Origin: a bacterium
GTDB taxonomy: Bacteria > Vulcanimicrobiota > Vulcanimicrobiia > Vulcanimicrobiales > Vulcanimicrobiaceae
Reading direction: 5' to 3'
Length of the DNA stretch: 51,406 nucleotides
Assembly: GCA_021781595.1 (NCBI GenBank)
Contig: JAJXWN010000001.1
Coordinates: 1-51,406 of the forward strand
The notes under the pieces were generated by a model, which saw only the letters and a list, made by a program, of their open reading frames with translations, was not told the origin of the DNA and did not search any database. Of the stretch, positions 8,660 to 16,496 are shown piece by piece. The translations under genes and the position numbers were made by a program. Position 1 is the stretch's first letter; each line of letters starts with the position of its first letter.

Positions 8660-9855
8660 GCAGGCTCCTCCGCGAGGCCATGCCGCGCGAAGACCAGCGC
8701 CAGCGCCATCGACGGCAGCCATAGCCCGAAAATCACGACGCTCACAGTATCGATCGAGCCTTGCACCAGCGTCCCCACGAGTCCCGCCGCCACCGCCAGC
8801 GCGAGGGTTTTGTTGGCCGGGGCCGCGTCCCGCAGCCGCCCGAACAGTTCGATGCCGAAACGATACCACGCATAGAGCACGGCCAGCACGCCGATCAGCC
8901 CCGTCTCCGCAAAGAAGGTCAGTAGGAAATCGTGAGCGTGGAACGCGGTCGCGTCACCGTCGGGCAAGCGCACGAGCGCGTAGATGCGCGCAAAATCGAA
9001 CGGCCCCACGCCGGTCAACGGGAAGCGGCGCACGATCTCGAGGCCCGCTTGCCAGATCGAGAGGCGGGTGTAATTTTCCGAAGGGTTGTGATGCGCGTTG
9101 AAGACCAGCAGCACGGCCGCGAAACCCGCGAAGAGGATCGCCGCAGCGTACCGGCGTCGAGCTTTTCGGCGCGCAAGAACGTAGAATGCGATGCCCGCGG
9201 CCAAGCCGACCCAACCCGCTCGCGAGAACGAAAGCAGCAGTGCCGCACCCCCGAGCGCGACGCCCGCACCAGCGAGCGCGCGCACCGCGCCCACGTGCGA
9301 ACAGGCGGCGATCGCGCCGGCGATCGGCAAGAAGACGATCAGGTAGCCGGCCAGTTCGCCCGGCAAGATGAAGGTGCCGATCGCGCGGCCGTGCCCGATC
9401 GTGTACTGCGCGGCCGGCACACGGGCGAGCACCATGACGATCGCAGCTAGCGACGCCAGCGCTCCCGAACTCAAGTAGCTCCAGACGATAGCCCGGCTGA
9501 CTCCGGGATCGCGGTAGTAGCGCAGCAGGGTCAAATGCCAGATCACGGCCAGCCCGAAGATAGCGACGAATAGCAGGCCGCCGGCCGGATCGAAACCCAG
9601 CATTGCGGCCAGCATCGCCGCGCCCAGCCATAGCAGCAACGGCACGAGCGTCGCCGGCTTCTCGCGCGGAGGCTGGAGCAGCAGCAGCAATGCGTAGACC
9701 GCGATCGCACCGACGATGGCGAGCAGGGTCAGTGCCGCGGCGCGCGGCAGCAGCGAAACGCCGGGGATCGTCACGGCCGTAAGCGTGATGAACGGCGGGA
9801 AGAGCGGTATCACGAAATACGTAAACGCAAACGCCGCCGGTAGCCAGCGCCGCAT
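8656..9855 (-). CDS. O-antigen ligase/polymerase-like polytopic membrane protein (Wzy_C domain)
   Basis: Start trimmed to the ATG at 9855 (MRRWLPAAFAFTYFVIPLF...), which shares one nucleotide with the upstream stop. It has many TM helices. The motif LLLSFSRAGWVGLAAGIAFYVL is typical of the O-antigen ligase family. Confidence 0.7.
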   Translation of the reverse strand: MRRWLPAAFAFTYFVIPLFPPFITLTAVTIPGVSLLPRAAALTLLAIVGAIAVYALLLLLQPPREKPATLVPLLLWLGAAMLAAMLGFDPAGGLLFVAIFGLAVIWHLTLLRYYRDPGVSRAIVWSYLSSGALASLAAIVMVLARVPAAQYTIGHGRAIGTFILPGELAGYLIVFLPIAGAIAACSHVGAVRALAGAGVALGGAALLLSFSRAGWVGLAAGIAFYVLARRKARRRYAAAILFAGFAAVLLVFNAHHNPSENYTRLSIWQAGLEIVRRFPLTGVGPFDFARIYALVRLPDGDATAFHAHDFLLTFFAETGLIGVLAVLYAWYRFGIELFGRLRDAAPANKTLALAVAAGLVGTLVQGSIDTVSVVIFGLWLPSMALALVFARHGLAEEPA

Positions 9856-11024
9856 CAACCGGCGGCCCCGCACAATTCTACGATCCGCTGGGCGATCGCG
9901 CGCGCCCCGCCCGCGGGACCCATACGCGCGCGTCCGATCTCTCCCATGCGCGCGCGCCGCTGCGGATCTTCGAGCAGCGCGCGCACCTCCCCGGCGGCAC
10001 GTTCCGGATCGCCGCTCCCGACGACGACGGCTTCGCCGAGCAGGCCGGTTTGGCGCATGCGATACCACGAGGTCTTCCGGTCGTGCGTCCGTTCGAACGC
10101 TATCACCGGGACGCCGCCCGCGGCGGCAGCTTCGTTGGCGGTTCCGGCTTGGCCGAGAACCATGACCGCACGCGCGATCATCGCGCCGACGGGCACGCGC
10201 ATCGCACGAATCAACTCGCGTTCTCCGTCACGCAATGACAGCGGCACCGCCGCATCGCCGGTCTCCACGACGTGCCAGCCGTCCGCAACGAGCAGCGGAA
10301 CGAAGCGCGCTTCGTCGATCGACGGCGCGATCGACATGATGCCGCCGAGCCCCGGATACGAGCGCGCCGTCTCGCGCAGGACGCGGCAGAGGAACGCGCC
10401 GTTCTCGTACGCCGATTGGCGGCTGCCTGGAAAGAGAGCGAGCAACGGCGCGAATAGGCCAGCCGCGGCATCGACGCGCTCGTCGTGCGTTTGGCGCGCG
10501 TAAAGATCGACGATTGCGTTGCCGGGCGCCTCCGCAGCGACGCCGCGTTCGCGCAGCCGCCGTGCGGTCGCCACATCGCGTACGAAGATTGCAGCCGCAC
10601 GCCTCAGCACCCGTTCCTCGCCACGCCCGTACGGCGCCACGTAAACGCTCTTCGCCGTTCCGACGTAGACCGTCGCTGCACGCGCCTGCAGCGTCATCAG
10701 TAACGCATACGTGTCTCCGATTGCTGCGGCCGCGCCATACCGCCCGCGGGCGCTTCGCAGGAAGCGCCGCTGCGCCAGCGTGAGACCGACCAGCCCCGCA
10801 GCGGCGTCGCGCAGAATATTGCGCAGGTTGCCCATCGCGATGAGACCACCGCTGGGCATCCGGCGCCGCGGCCCGACCTCCTGCATCGAACGATCGTGCG
10901 CGAAGTCGCCAACGAGCGCGAGATGATCGCAATCCACCGCGGCGAGCTCGCGCACCTCCCCGGCGATGCACGCGGCGATCGCCTCCTCTCCGTGCCCGTT
11001 GCTCACGAACAGCACGCGCTTCAC
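9855..11024 (-). CDS. Lipid-A-disaccharide synthase-related protein (LpxB paralog, cyanobacterial type)
   Basis: 389 aa with a GTG start overlapping the upstream stop (GTGA). The N-terminus KRVLFVSNGHGEEAIA and the overall length resemble the LpxB-related family known from cyanobacteria (recalled as TIGR03492). It lies two genes from the bona fide lpxB. Confidence 0.6.
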   Translation of the reverse strand: MKRVLFVSNGHGEEAIAACIAGEVRELAAVDCDHLALVGDFAHDRSMQEVGPRRRMPSGGLIAMGNLRNILRDAAAGLVGLTLAQRRFLRSARGRYGAAAAIGDTYALLMTLQARAATVYVGTAKSVYVAPYGRGEERVLRRAAAIFVRDVATARRLRERGVAAEAPGNAIVDLYARQTHDERVDAAAGLFAPLLALFPGSRQSAYENGAFLCRVLRETARSYPGLGGIMSIAPSIDEARFVPLLVADGWHVVETGDAAVPLSLRDGERELIRAMRVPVGAMIARAVMVLGQAGTANEAAAAGGVPVIAFERTHDRKTSWYRMRQTGLLGEAVVVGSGDPERAAGEVRALLEDPQRRARMGEIGRARMGPAGGARAIAQRIVELCGAAG

Positions 11025-11788
11025 GTTCCTCGCCTCTCGGCACCGCCGGCTTCCAGCAAGGGAACCAGCGCAAAATCGTCGATGGCGAAACGGCCGCGGC
11101 CCGCATCGTAGCGCAGCTCGGTGCGCGAGACGTAGCGCCCGTATGCCCCCGCATGGACGATCGGCACCTCGCCGGCGTACTCAGGATCGCGCAGCGTATC
11201 GTGGCTATGGCCGCCCAGGAGCAGATCGATGCGCGGCACGCGGGCGGCAAGCTCGCGGTCTCGCGAAAGCCCGAGATGCGAGAGCGCGATGACGAGATCG
11301 CCGTCCTCAACGGTCCGCACGTACTCCGCCGCGACGTCGAGCGGATCGAGAAACCGCCAGCCGAACGCGCGTTCCCATGGGCTGCCCGATGCGTACTGAA
11401 CGACCAGCAGCCCGAGCAAATGCACGCGCACCGAGTTCGCCTCGCCCGCGGCGCCATGCTCGAGAACGAGCGCGCGTGCGAAGGGCAGCGGACGCTTCTT
11501 GACGTCGACGAGGTTCGTGCAGACGAGCGGATGGCTCATCGTGGCCGCCCGTGCCCGCAGACACGCGAAGAGATAATGGAACTCGCGGTTGCCGATCGCT
11601 TGCGCGTCGTACCCTGCGCGATCGATTTCGGCTACGATCGGCTCGTCGCGATAGTAGACCGTTTGGCTGCCGCGCAAGGAATCGCCGCAGTCTACGAGGA
11701 GGCCGGGGCGTTCCGCCCGTAGCGTTCGCAGGCGCGGTGCGATGCCGCGATGGTCGTGTAGATCCGAAGTGTGGTATATGCGAATCAC
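11021..11788 (-). CDS. Calcineurin-like metallophosphoesterase (UshA/5'-nucleotidase N-domain type) with a GNRE motif
   Basis: The track ORF (to 12538) runs through lpxB. The plausible start is the GTG at 11788, overlapping the lpxB stop (GTGA). Motifs: SDLHD (DxH), VDCGDSLRG (GD), AIGNREFH (GNRE at nt 11582..11593), LSHLG and GGHSH. Confidence 0.75.
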   Translation of the reverse strand: MIRIYHTSDLHDHRGIAPRLRTLRAERPGLLVDCGDSLRGSQTVYYRDEPIVAEIDRAGYDAQAIGNREFHYLFACLRARAATMSHPLVCTNLVDVKKRPLPFARALVLEHGAAGEANSVRVHLLGLLVVQYASGSPWERAFGWRFLDPLDVAAEYVRTVEDGDLVIALSHLGLSRDRELAARVPRIDLLLGGHSHDTLRDPEYAGEVPIVHAGAYGRYVSRTELRYDAGRGRFAIDDFALVPLLEAGGAERRGT

Positions 11789-12900
11789 GCGCGACCGCTC
11801 TTCGCCAGAGCGACTGCGAATGCCGCGCAGCGCGCCAGCGCGTCGGGCGGGCCCAGCGCCGTTCGCAGCTCCACGAGCCCGGCGTATTGCCCGAACGGGT
11901 CGCGCAACAGTCCGTCCATCACGCGTTCTAAGTTCTCCGCCGTGGCGCGCTCCTGCAAAAACTCCGGCACCACCTCGCGTCCGAGCACCAGGTTGGGCAG
12001 CGCGATATGCGTCCCAGGGTAGACGCGGCGCGCATGGCCGGCCAGCAGGGACGAGATAACGTAGAGCACGGCGGCCGGCACCCCGCTGAGCGCGGTCTCC
12101 AGAACCGCCGTACCTGAAGCAACCCAGGCCGCGTCCGCGTCGCGCAGCGCCGCGATGGCTCCGCGCACGAGTTCGATGTCGGCGGACCCGAAACGCGCGA
12201 GCGAAGCACGCAGAGAACGCTCGCTGCGATCGTCGGCGGCGCCGACGACTCCGCGCAGCGCCGGGCGCCGGGCTTTCAGGCGAGCGTACGCCTCGAGCAG
12301 GACCGGCACGTGATAGCGAAGTTCCCCCGAACGGCTCCCCGGGAGTAGCGCTACGGTGCCGCCGTCGGCGGCCGGTGCCGCCCGCGGCGGTCGCATCTCG
12401 TAGCGCCCGGCAAGCGGGTGCCCGAAGTACTGGACCGGCAGCCCGAGCGACCGGTAAAAATCTCGCTGGTGCGCGAAGGCGGTTATCGCCGTGGCAACGC
12501 CGGCAACTTCGCGGGCGCGCTTCGGGTCGTCCAGCCACGTCGCAGGCGGGTAGAGGTCCAGGATCGGCTTGGCGTACCCGAGGCGGCGCAGCCGCTTGGC
12601 CAATCGCAGGTTGAACGCTCCGAAATCGACCAGCACGACCGCATCGGGCTGCGTGCGCCGGACGTGCGCTGCCGTCCGGTACATCGTAGCGAGGAGCGCC
12701 GGAATGCGCGGGATCGCGGCCAGCGGTCCCATACTTGCCCAGCCCGCATTATCGCGCCACAGATCGACGCCCGCTTCCCGCATGCGGTTCGACCCGATAC
12801 CTTCGAACGCCGCGTCGCCGTCGATCGCCGCGATCGCCCGTGCGAGAAGCGTTGCGGCGAGCTCGCCCGACGCCTCGCCGGTCGAGAGAAAATAGCGCAT
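11785..12900 (-). CDS. lpxB: Lipid-A-disaccharide synthase LpxB
   Basis: 371 aa. The N-terminus MRYFLSTGEASGELAATLLARAI contains the GEASGD-type motif. Length and position next to lpxA are as expected. Confidence 0.9.
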   Translation of the reverse strand: MRYFLSTGEASGELAATLLARAIAAIDGDAAFEGIGSNRMREAGVDLWRDNAGWASMGPLAAIPRIPALLATMYRTAAHVRRTQPDAVVLVDFGAFNLRLAKRLRRLGYAKPILDLYPPATWLDDPKRAREVAGVATAITAFAHQRDFYRSLGLPVQYFGHPLAGRYEMRPPRAAPAADGGTVALLPGSRSGELRYHVPVLLEAYARLKARRPALRGVVGAADDRSERSLRASLARFGSADIELVRGAIAALRDADAAWVASGTAVLETALSGVPAAVLYVISSLLAGHARRVYPGTHIALPNLVLGREVVPEFLQERATAENLERVMDGLLRDPFGQYAGLVELRTALGPPDALARCAAFAVALAKSGRA

Positions 12901-12906
12901 CGGCGG

Positions 12907-13677
12907 CTACTTCAGTAAAACGCCTAGTTGCGACTCCGCCTCCAGAAACGCAACGATCTCGCGCCCCGAATCCGTTTGGACCTCGGCCTTCATCGCTTCG
13001 ATGGCTTGGGACAAGTTTAGGTTCGATCGATACAAGAGTTTGTAGAATCTCTTGATCTCGGCACGGTCTCCGGCGGAGAAGCCGGCGCGGCGCAGGCCCA
13101 CGCTATTGACTCCGCGCGTCTGCGCCGGATTGCCGTCGCACAGGAAAAACGGCGGCAGGTCGCGCGTCAGCTTGCTGTCGCCGCCGACGAACGCATGCCG
13201 GCCGATTCGCGTGAACTGATGCAACCCCGCCATGCCGCCGACGGTCGCGTTGTCGCCTATGACGCAATGCCCGGCGAGCTGTGCGAGATTGCTCATCGTG
13301 ACGCCGTTCCCGACCAAACAGTTATGCGCGATATGCACGTAGGCGAGCAGCAAACAGTCGTCGCCTACGGCGGTGACTTGATTTTCGCCGGTCGCACGCT
13401 GGATGCTCACGTACTCGCGCACGGTGGTGCGGTTTCCGATCCTGGTGCAGGCGCGCTCGCCCTCGTATTTGCGATCCTGCGAGGCGGCACCGATAGAGGC
13501 GAACGGATAGATCTCGCAGCCCTCGCCGATCTCGGTCCATCCGTTGACGACGACGTGCGCCTGCAGGACCGTTCCCGTACCCACGCTCACGTGTTCACCT
13601 ACGATGCAGTACGGGCCGATCTCGACGCCGCGGTCGATCCTGGCGTTTGGATGAACGATGGCGGTCGGATGGATCAT
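12907..13677 (-). CDS. lpxA: UDP-N-acetylglucosamine acyltransferase LpxA
   Basis: Start trimmed to the ATG at 13677 (MIHPTAIVHPNARIDRGVEIGPYCIVG...), which shares one nucleotide with the fabZ stop. It has hexapeptide repeats and an LpxA-type C-terminal helical domain. 256 aa. Confidence 0.92.
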   Translation of the reverse strand: MIHPTAIVHPNARIDRGVEIGPYCIVGEHVSVGTGTVLQAHVVVNGWTEIGEGCEIYPFASIGAASQDRKYEGERACTRIGNRTTVREYVSIQRATGENQVTAVGDDCLLLAYVHIAHNCLVGNGVTMSNLAQLAGHCVIGDNATVGGMAGLHQFTRIGRHAFVGGDSKLTRDLPPFFLCDGNPAQTRGVNSVGLRRAGFSAGDRAEIKRFYKLLYRSNLNLSQAIEAMKAEVQTDSGREIVAFLEAESQLGVLLK

Positions 13678-14150
13678 CAGGCGTGCAAGACGGTGCTGTC
13701 CGCGCCGAACATACGCGGGTCGGAGGCGATCGAGAACATCAGGTCGGCCGAGCATACGAGCTGACCGTCGACTCGCGCCTCGGCGTTCACCCAGCCGATG
13801 TTGCGTTTGTGTTTGACCAGCGTCACTTCCATCATGAGTTTGTCGCCGGGCACGACGGGGCGGCGAAACTTCGCTCGTTCGATCCCGGCCAGATACGGCG
13901 TCTTCCGCGAGAATTCGCCCGGTTCTAGCACTACGCAGCCGCCCAACTGCGCGAGCGCCTCGATCATGTAGACGCCGGGCAAGAGCGGATTCCCGGGGAA
14001 ATGTCCCGTGAAGACGGGCTCGTTGTTCGTAACGTTCTTGTATCCGAGCGCCCGCACGCCGGGCTCGAGCTCGACGATGCGGTCCACCAGCAGAATCGGA
14101 TAGCGGTGGGGTAGGATCTCCATGATCTGCCGGATGTCGAGCTGAGGCAT
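13677..14150 (-). CDS. fabZ: 3-hydroxyacyl-ACP dehydratase FabZ
   Basis: 157 aa. Motifs ILPHRYPILLVDRI and FTGHFPGNPLLPGV. It sits in the classical lpxD/lpxC-fabZ-lpxA context. Confidence 0.95.
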   Translation of the reverse strand: MPQLDIRQIMEILPHRYPILLVDRIVELEPGVRALGYKNVTNNEPVFTGHFPGNPLLPGVYMIEALAQLGGCVVLEPGEFSRKTPYLAGIERAKFRRPVVPGDKLMMEVTLVKHKRNIGWVNAEARVDGQLVCSADLMFSIASDPRMFGADSTVLHA

Positions 14151-14995
14151 CAGCGTACCTTCGTGGAGAGCAGCGCGCTCCCGATCCGTTTGCGCAGTTC
14201 GCGGGTAGCGATGCAGTGCAATTTGTGTCCGCTTTTGATCGCGATAACCTCGAACCGCGGAAAGGCACCGAGTAGCGCAAAGTCGCCGAGAAGATCGAGC
14301 ACCTTATGCCGCACGATTTCGTTGGGCCAGCGCAGCGGCTGCATCGGCCCGCCGGCGTCATAGACAACGGCGTTCTCCATGGTTCCGCCGCGCGCCAAGC
14401 CGCGCCGGCGGAGCGCCTCCACTTCGTGGAGGTAACCAAAGGTGCGCGCCGCGGCGACTTCCCGATGAAAGATCTCGGGGGTAATCTCGGAGTCGAAATA
14501 TTGCGTGCCTACCGGCGGCGCGAAATCGGCGACGAACTTTACGCGGAACTTCGAAGCGGGCAGGATGACGATCGCGCGGTCGCCGTCGCGAACGAACGTG
14601 GGCTCGGCGATGGTGAAGCGCTCGCGCGGCTCGCGCTGCGGGGTGATGCCGGTCTGCGCGATGGCGTCGGCAAACGTCTTGGCGCTGCCGTCGGCGACCG
14701 GGATCTCCGGCCCGGATACGTCGAGATACGCGTTCGAAACGCCCATGCCGAAGAGGGCCGCCAGCAGGTGTTCGACCGTCGATACCGTCGCGCCGTCGTA
14801 GCCGAGAACGGTTGCGCGTGCCGTTTCGACAACGTACTCAGCGGTGGCCGGGAAACGGGCGCCTCCGTCCAACCGGAAGAGCAAGCCCGTATCGGGAGGC
14901 GCCGGCCGAATTTCGACGCGGCACGGCACCCCGGTGTGGAGCCCAACGCCCTCGATGACGATGGCGTCGCGAAGCGTCGACTGGTAGCGTGTCAC
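14150..14995 (-). CDS. lpxC: UDP-3-O-acyl-GlcNAc deacetylase LpxC
   Basis: 281 aa with a GTG start. Motifs QSTLRDAIVIEGVGLHTG... and VRHKVLDLLGDFAL. Its stop shares one nucleotide with the fabZ start. Confidence 0.92.
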   Translation of the reverse strand: MTRYQSTLRDAIVIEGVGLHTGVPCRVEIRPAPPDTGLLFRLDGGARFPATAEYVVETARATVLGYDGATVSTVEHLLAALFGMGVSNAYLDVSGPEIPVADGSAKTFADAIAQTGITPQREPRERFTIAEPTFVRDGDRAIVILPASKFRVKFVADFAPPVGTQYFDSEITPEIFHREVAAARTFGYLHEVEALRRRGLARGGTMENAVVYDAGGPMQPLRWPNEIVRHKVLDLLGDFALLGAFPRFEVIAIKSGHKLHCIATRELRKRIGSALLSTKVR

Positions 14996-15028
14996 GCGCC
15001 GGAGACCGCGCGGGCCCTAGCCACCTGA

Positions 15029-15250
15029 CTAGGAGGCTGTCGGGGTTGGACCGTGTTCGGATTTTGCGCGGAATTTTGTTCGGAGACGAGGCGCGAAGAA
15101 GCACGCTCCTGCATCTCCTGTGCCCGCGTGCATTGCGGCCATCCTTGGCCGGAAGGAGCGAGGCCGTAGCTTCGTGACTGATGAGCAACGTAGTATTCGG
15201 GCAAGAGGCGGCCCAAAGACGGAAACGTGCCCAACCCCGACAGCCTCCTA
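15029..15250 (-). mobile_element. MITE-like palindromic repeat, copy 1 (inverted relative to copies 2 and 3)
   Basis: 222 bp with perfect 21-bp terminal inverted repeats, CTAGGAGGCTGTCGGGGTTGG ... CCAACCCCGACAGCCTCCTAG. By eye it is about 90 percent identical to copy 2 when reverse-complemented. It fills the lpxC-lpxD spacer, and its terminal CTA (15248..15250) is the TAG stop of lpxD. Confidence 0.85.
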
Positions 15251-16291
15251 GCCGGGCTTTTTCTTGTCGGCTTCGAGAGCATCCACACGGGCCACCAGCT
15301 TAGGCAGGTTTCTGACCATGACCTCTCGCCGCAGCGTCTCGCGCTGCGGGCGCGCGGGGTGGCCGCCGACAAACGCGTCGTCGGGTACGTCGCCCCAGAC
15401 GGCGCTCTGGCCGGCGATTTTCGCACGCGATCCGATGGTGATATGCCCTTTGAAGCCGGCTTGGCCGCCGACCTGTACGAAGTCGCCGACGATAGTGCTC
15501 CCGGCGAGGCCGACCAGCGCAGCAAAGGCGCTGTGCGAGCCGATCCGGCAGTTGTGGCCGATCTGGCAGAGATTGTCGATCTTCGTTCCTCGCCCGATGC
15601 GCGTGCTGCCGGTCTGCGCGCGGTCCACGCAACTGTTCGCGCCGATCTCCACGTCGTCTTCCAGCACGACGTTGCCGACCTGTGGAATCCGCTCGAAGTG
15701 TCCGTCGAGAAAGACGTACCCGAACCCGTCGCTGCCGATCACGGCGCCCGGGTGAAGGATCACGCGGTCGCCCGCCGTGCAGCCGTCGAGCAGCATGGCG
15801 CGCGGGTACAACAGCGCCGCTTCGCCGAGGCTCGCCGCGGCGCCGACGTGCGCGCCGGCCTCCAGAACGGTGCGCGCTCCCACACGAGCGCCGGGCCCGA
15901 CGTAGACGTTCGCGCCGATATACACTTCGTCGCCGATAACGGCGCTGGGATCCACAACGGCACTAGGGTGACGAAAGGATCCGCTCGAGCGCGGCCGGTC
16001 GAACGCCCGCAGAAGCCGGGCGAGCGCGGCGCGGGCGGAGCGAACGGCTAGCAGCGGTTTCTCCCGCGACTCGCCGGTAACCAGCGCTTCGTCGACGAGC
16101 ACTGCGGCCGCTCTCGACGCCAGCGCCGCGCCCAGGTAGGCCTCGCTGGTCGCAAAGGTCAGCGTATCGGCGTCCGCTTCGTCCACGGAGCCGATGCGCG
16201 AGATCGGCGTAGCGCCGTCGCCGATGACGCGTCCGTCGACGAGAGCCGCGAGCTCCTGCAGCGTCCCTAGGAGGCTGTCGGAGTTAAGCAC
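15248..16291 (-). CDS. lpxD: UDP-3-O-acylglucosamine N-acyltransferase LpxD
   Basis: 347 aa. It has an LpxD N-terminal domain (LQELAALVDGRVIGDG...ISRIGSVDEAD...LTFA) and hexapeptide repeats with RIPQVGNVVLEDDVEIGANSCVDR. The only in-frame start upstream of the conserved N-terminus is the GTG at 16291, which lies inside MITE copy 2. The stop lies in MITE copy 1. Confidence 0.88.
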   Translation of the reverse strand: MLNSDSLLGTLQELAALVDGRVIGDGATPISRIGSVDEADADTLTFATSEAYLGAALASRAAAVLVDEALVTGESREKPLLAVRSARAALARLLRAFDRPRSSGSFRHPSAVVDPSAVIGDEVYIGANVYVGPGARVGARTVLEAGAHVGAAASLGEAALLYPRAMLLDGCTAGDRVILHPGAVIGSDGFGYVFLDGHFERIPQVGNVVLEDDVEIGANSCVDRAQTGSTRIGRGTKIDNLCQIGHNCRIGSHSAFAALVGLAGSTIVGDFVQVGGQAGFKGHITIGSRAKIAGQSAVWGDVPDDAFVGGHPARPQRETLRREVMVRNLPKLVARVDALEADKKKPG

Positions 16292-16489
16292 GTTTCCGCC
16301 TTTGGGCCGCCTTTTGCCCGAATACTTCGTTGCTCATCAGTCACGAAGCTACGGCTTCGCTCCTTCCGGCCAAGGACGGCCGCAATGCACGCGGGCACAG
16401 GAGGTGCAGGAGCGTGCTTCTTCGCGCCTCGTCTCCGAACAAAACTCGGCGCCAAATCCGAAAACGGCTCAACTCCGACAGCCTCCTAG
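16267..16489 (+). mobile_element. MITE-like palindromic repeat, copy 2
   Basis: 223 bp, CTAGGAGGCTGTCGGAGTTAAGC ... GCTCAACTCCGACAGCCTCCTAG. It lies between the skp-like stop (16497) and lpxD, and overlaps the first 8 codons of lpxD. Confidence 0.85.
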
Positions 16490-16496
16490 CATCGGG

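Noticed and set aside
11789-12538. Long N-terminal extensions proposed by the ORF track. Examples: 11021..12538; 12907..14439; 5267..6460; 7347..8243; 8093..8869; 8656..10068; 47345..48589; 48013..49458; 49828..51036; 34262..34777.
   Set aside because: The extensions run through the upstream gene in another frame and are Arg-rich nonsense. In every case an internal ATG or GTG gives the canonical family N-terminus and overlaps the upstream stop codon by 1 or 4 nt.
15178-15226. Hammerhead-ribozyme-like CTGATGAG ... GAAAC motif inside the MITE core (also present in copies 2 and 3 on the complementary strand)
   Set aside because: The segment between CUGAUGA and GAAA does not form the required stem II: the closing positions would be G opposite G. 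I could not build stems I and III or find a cleavage-site triplet. It is probably a chance match.
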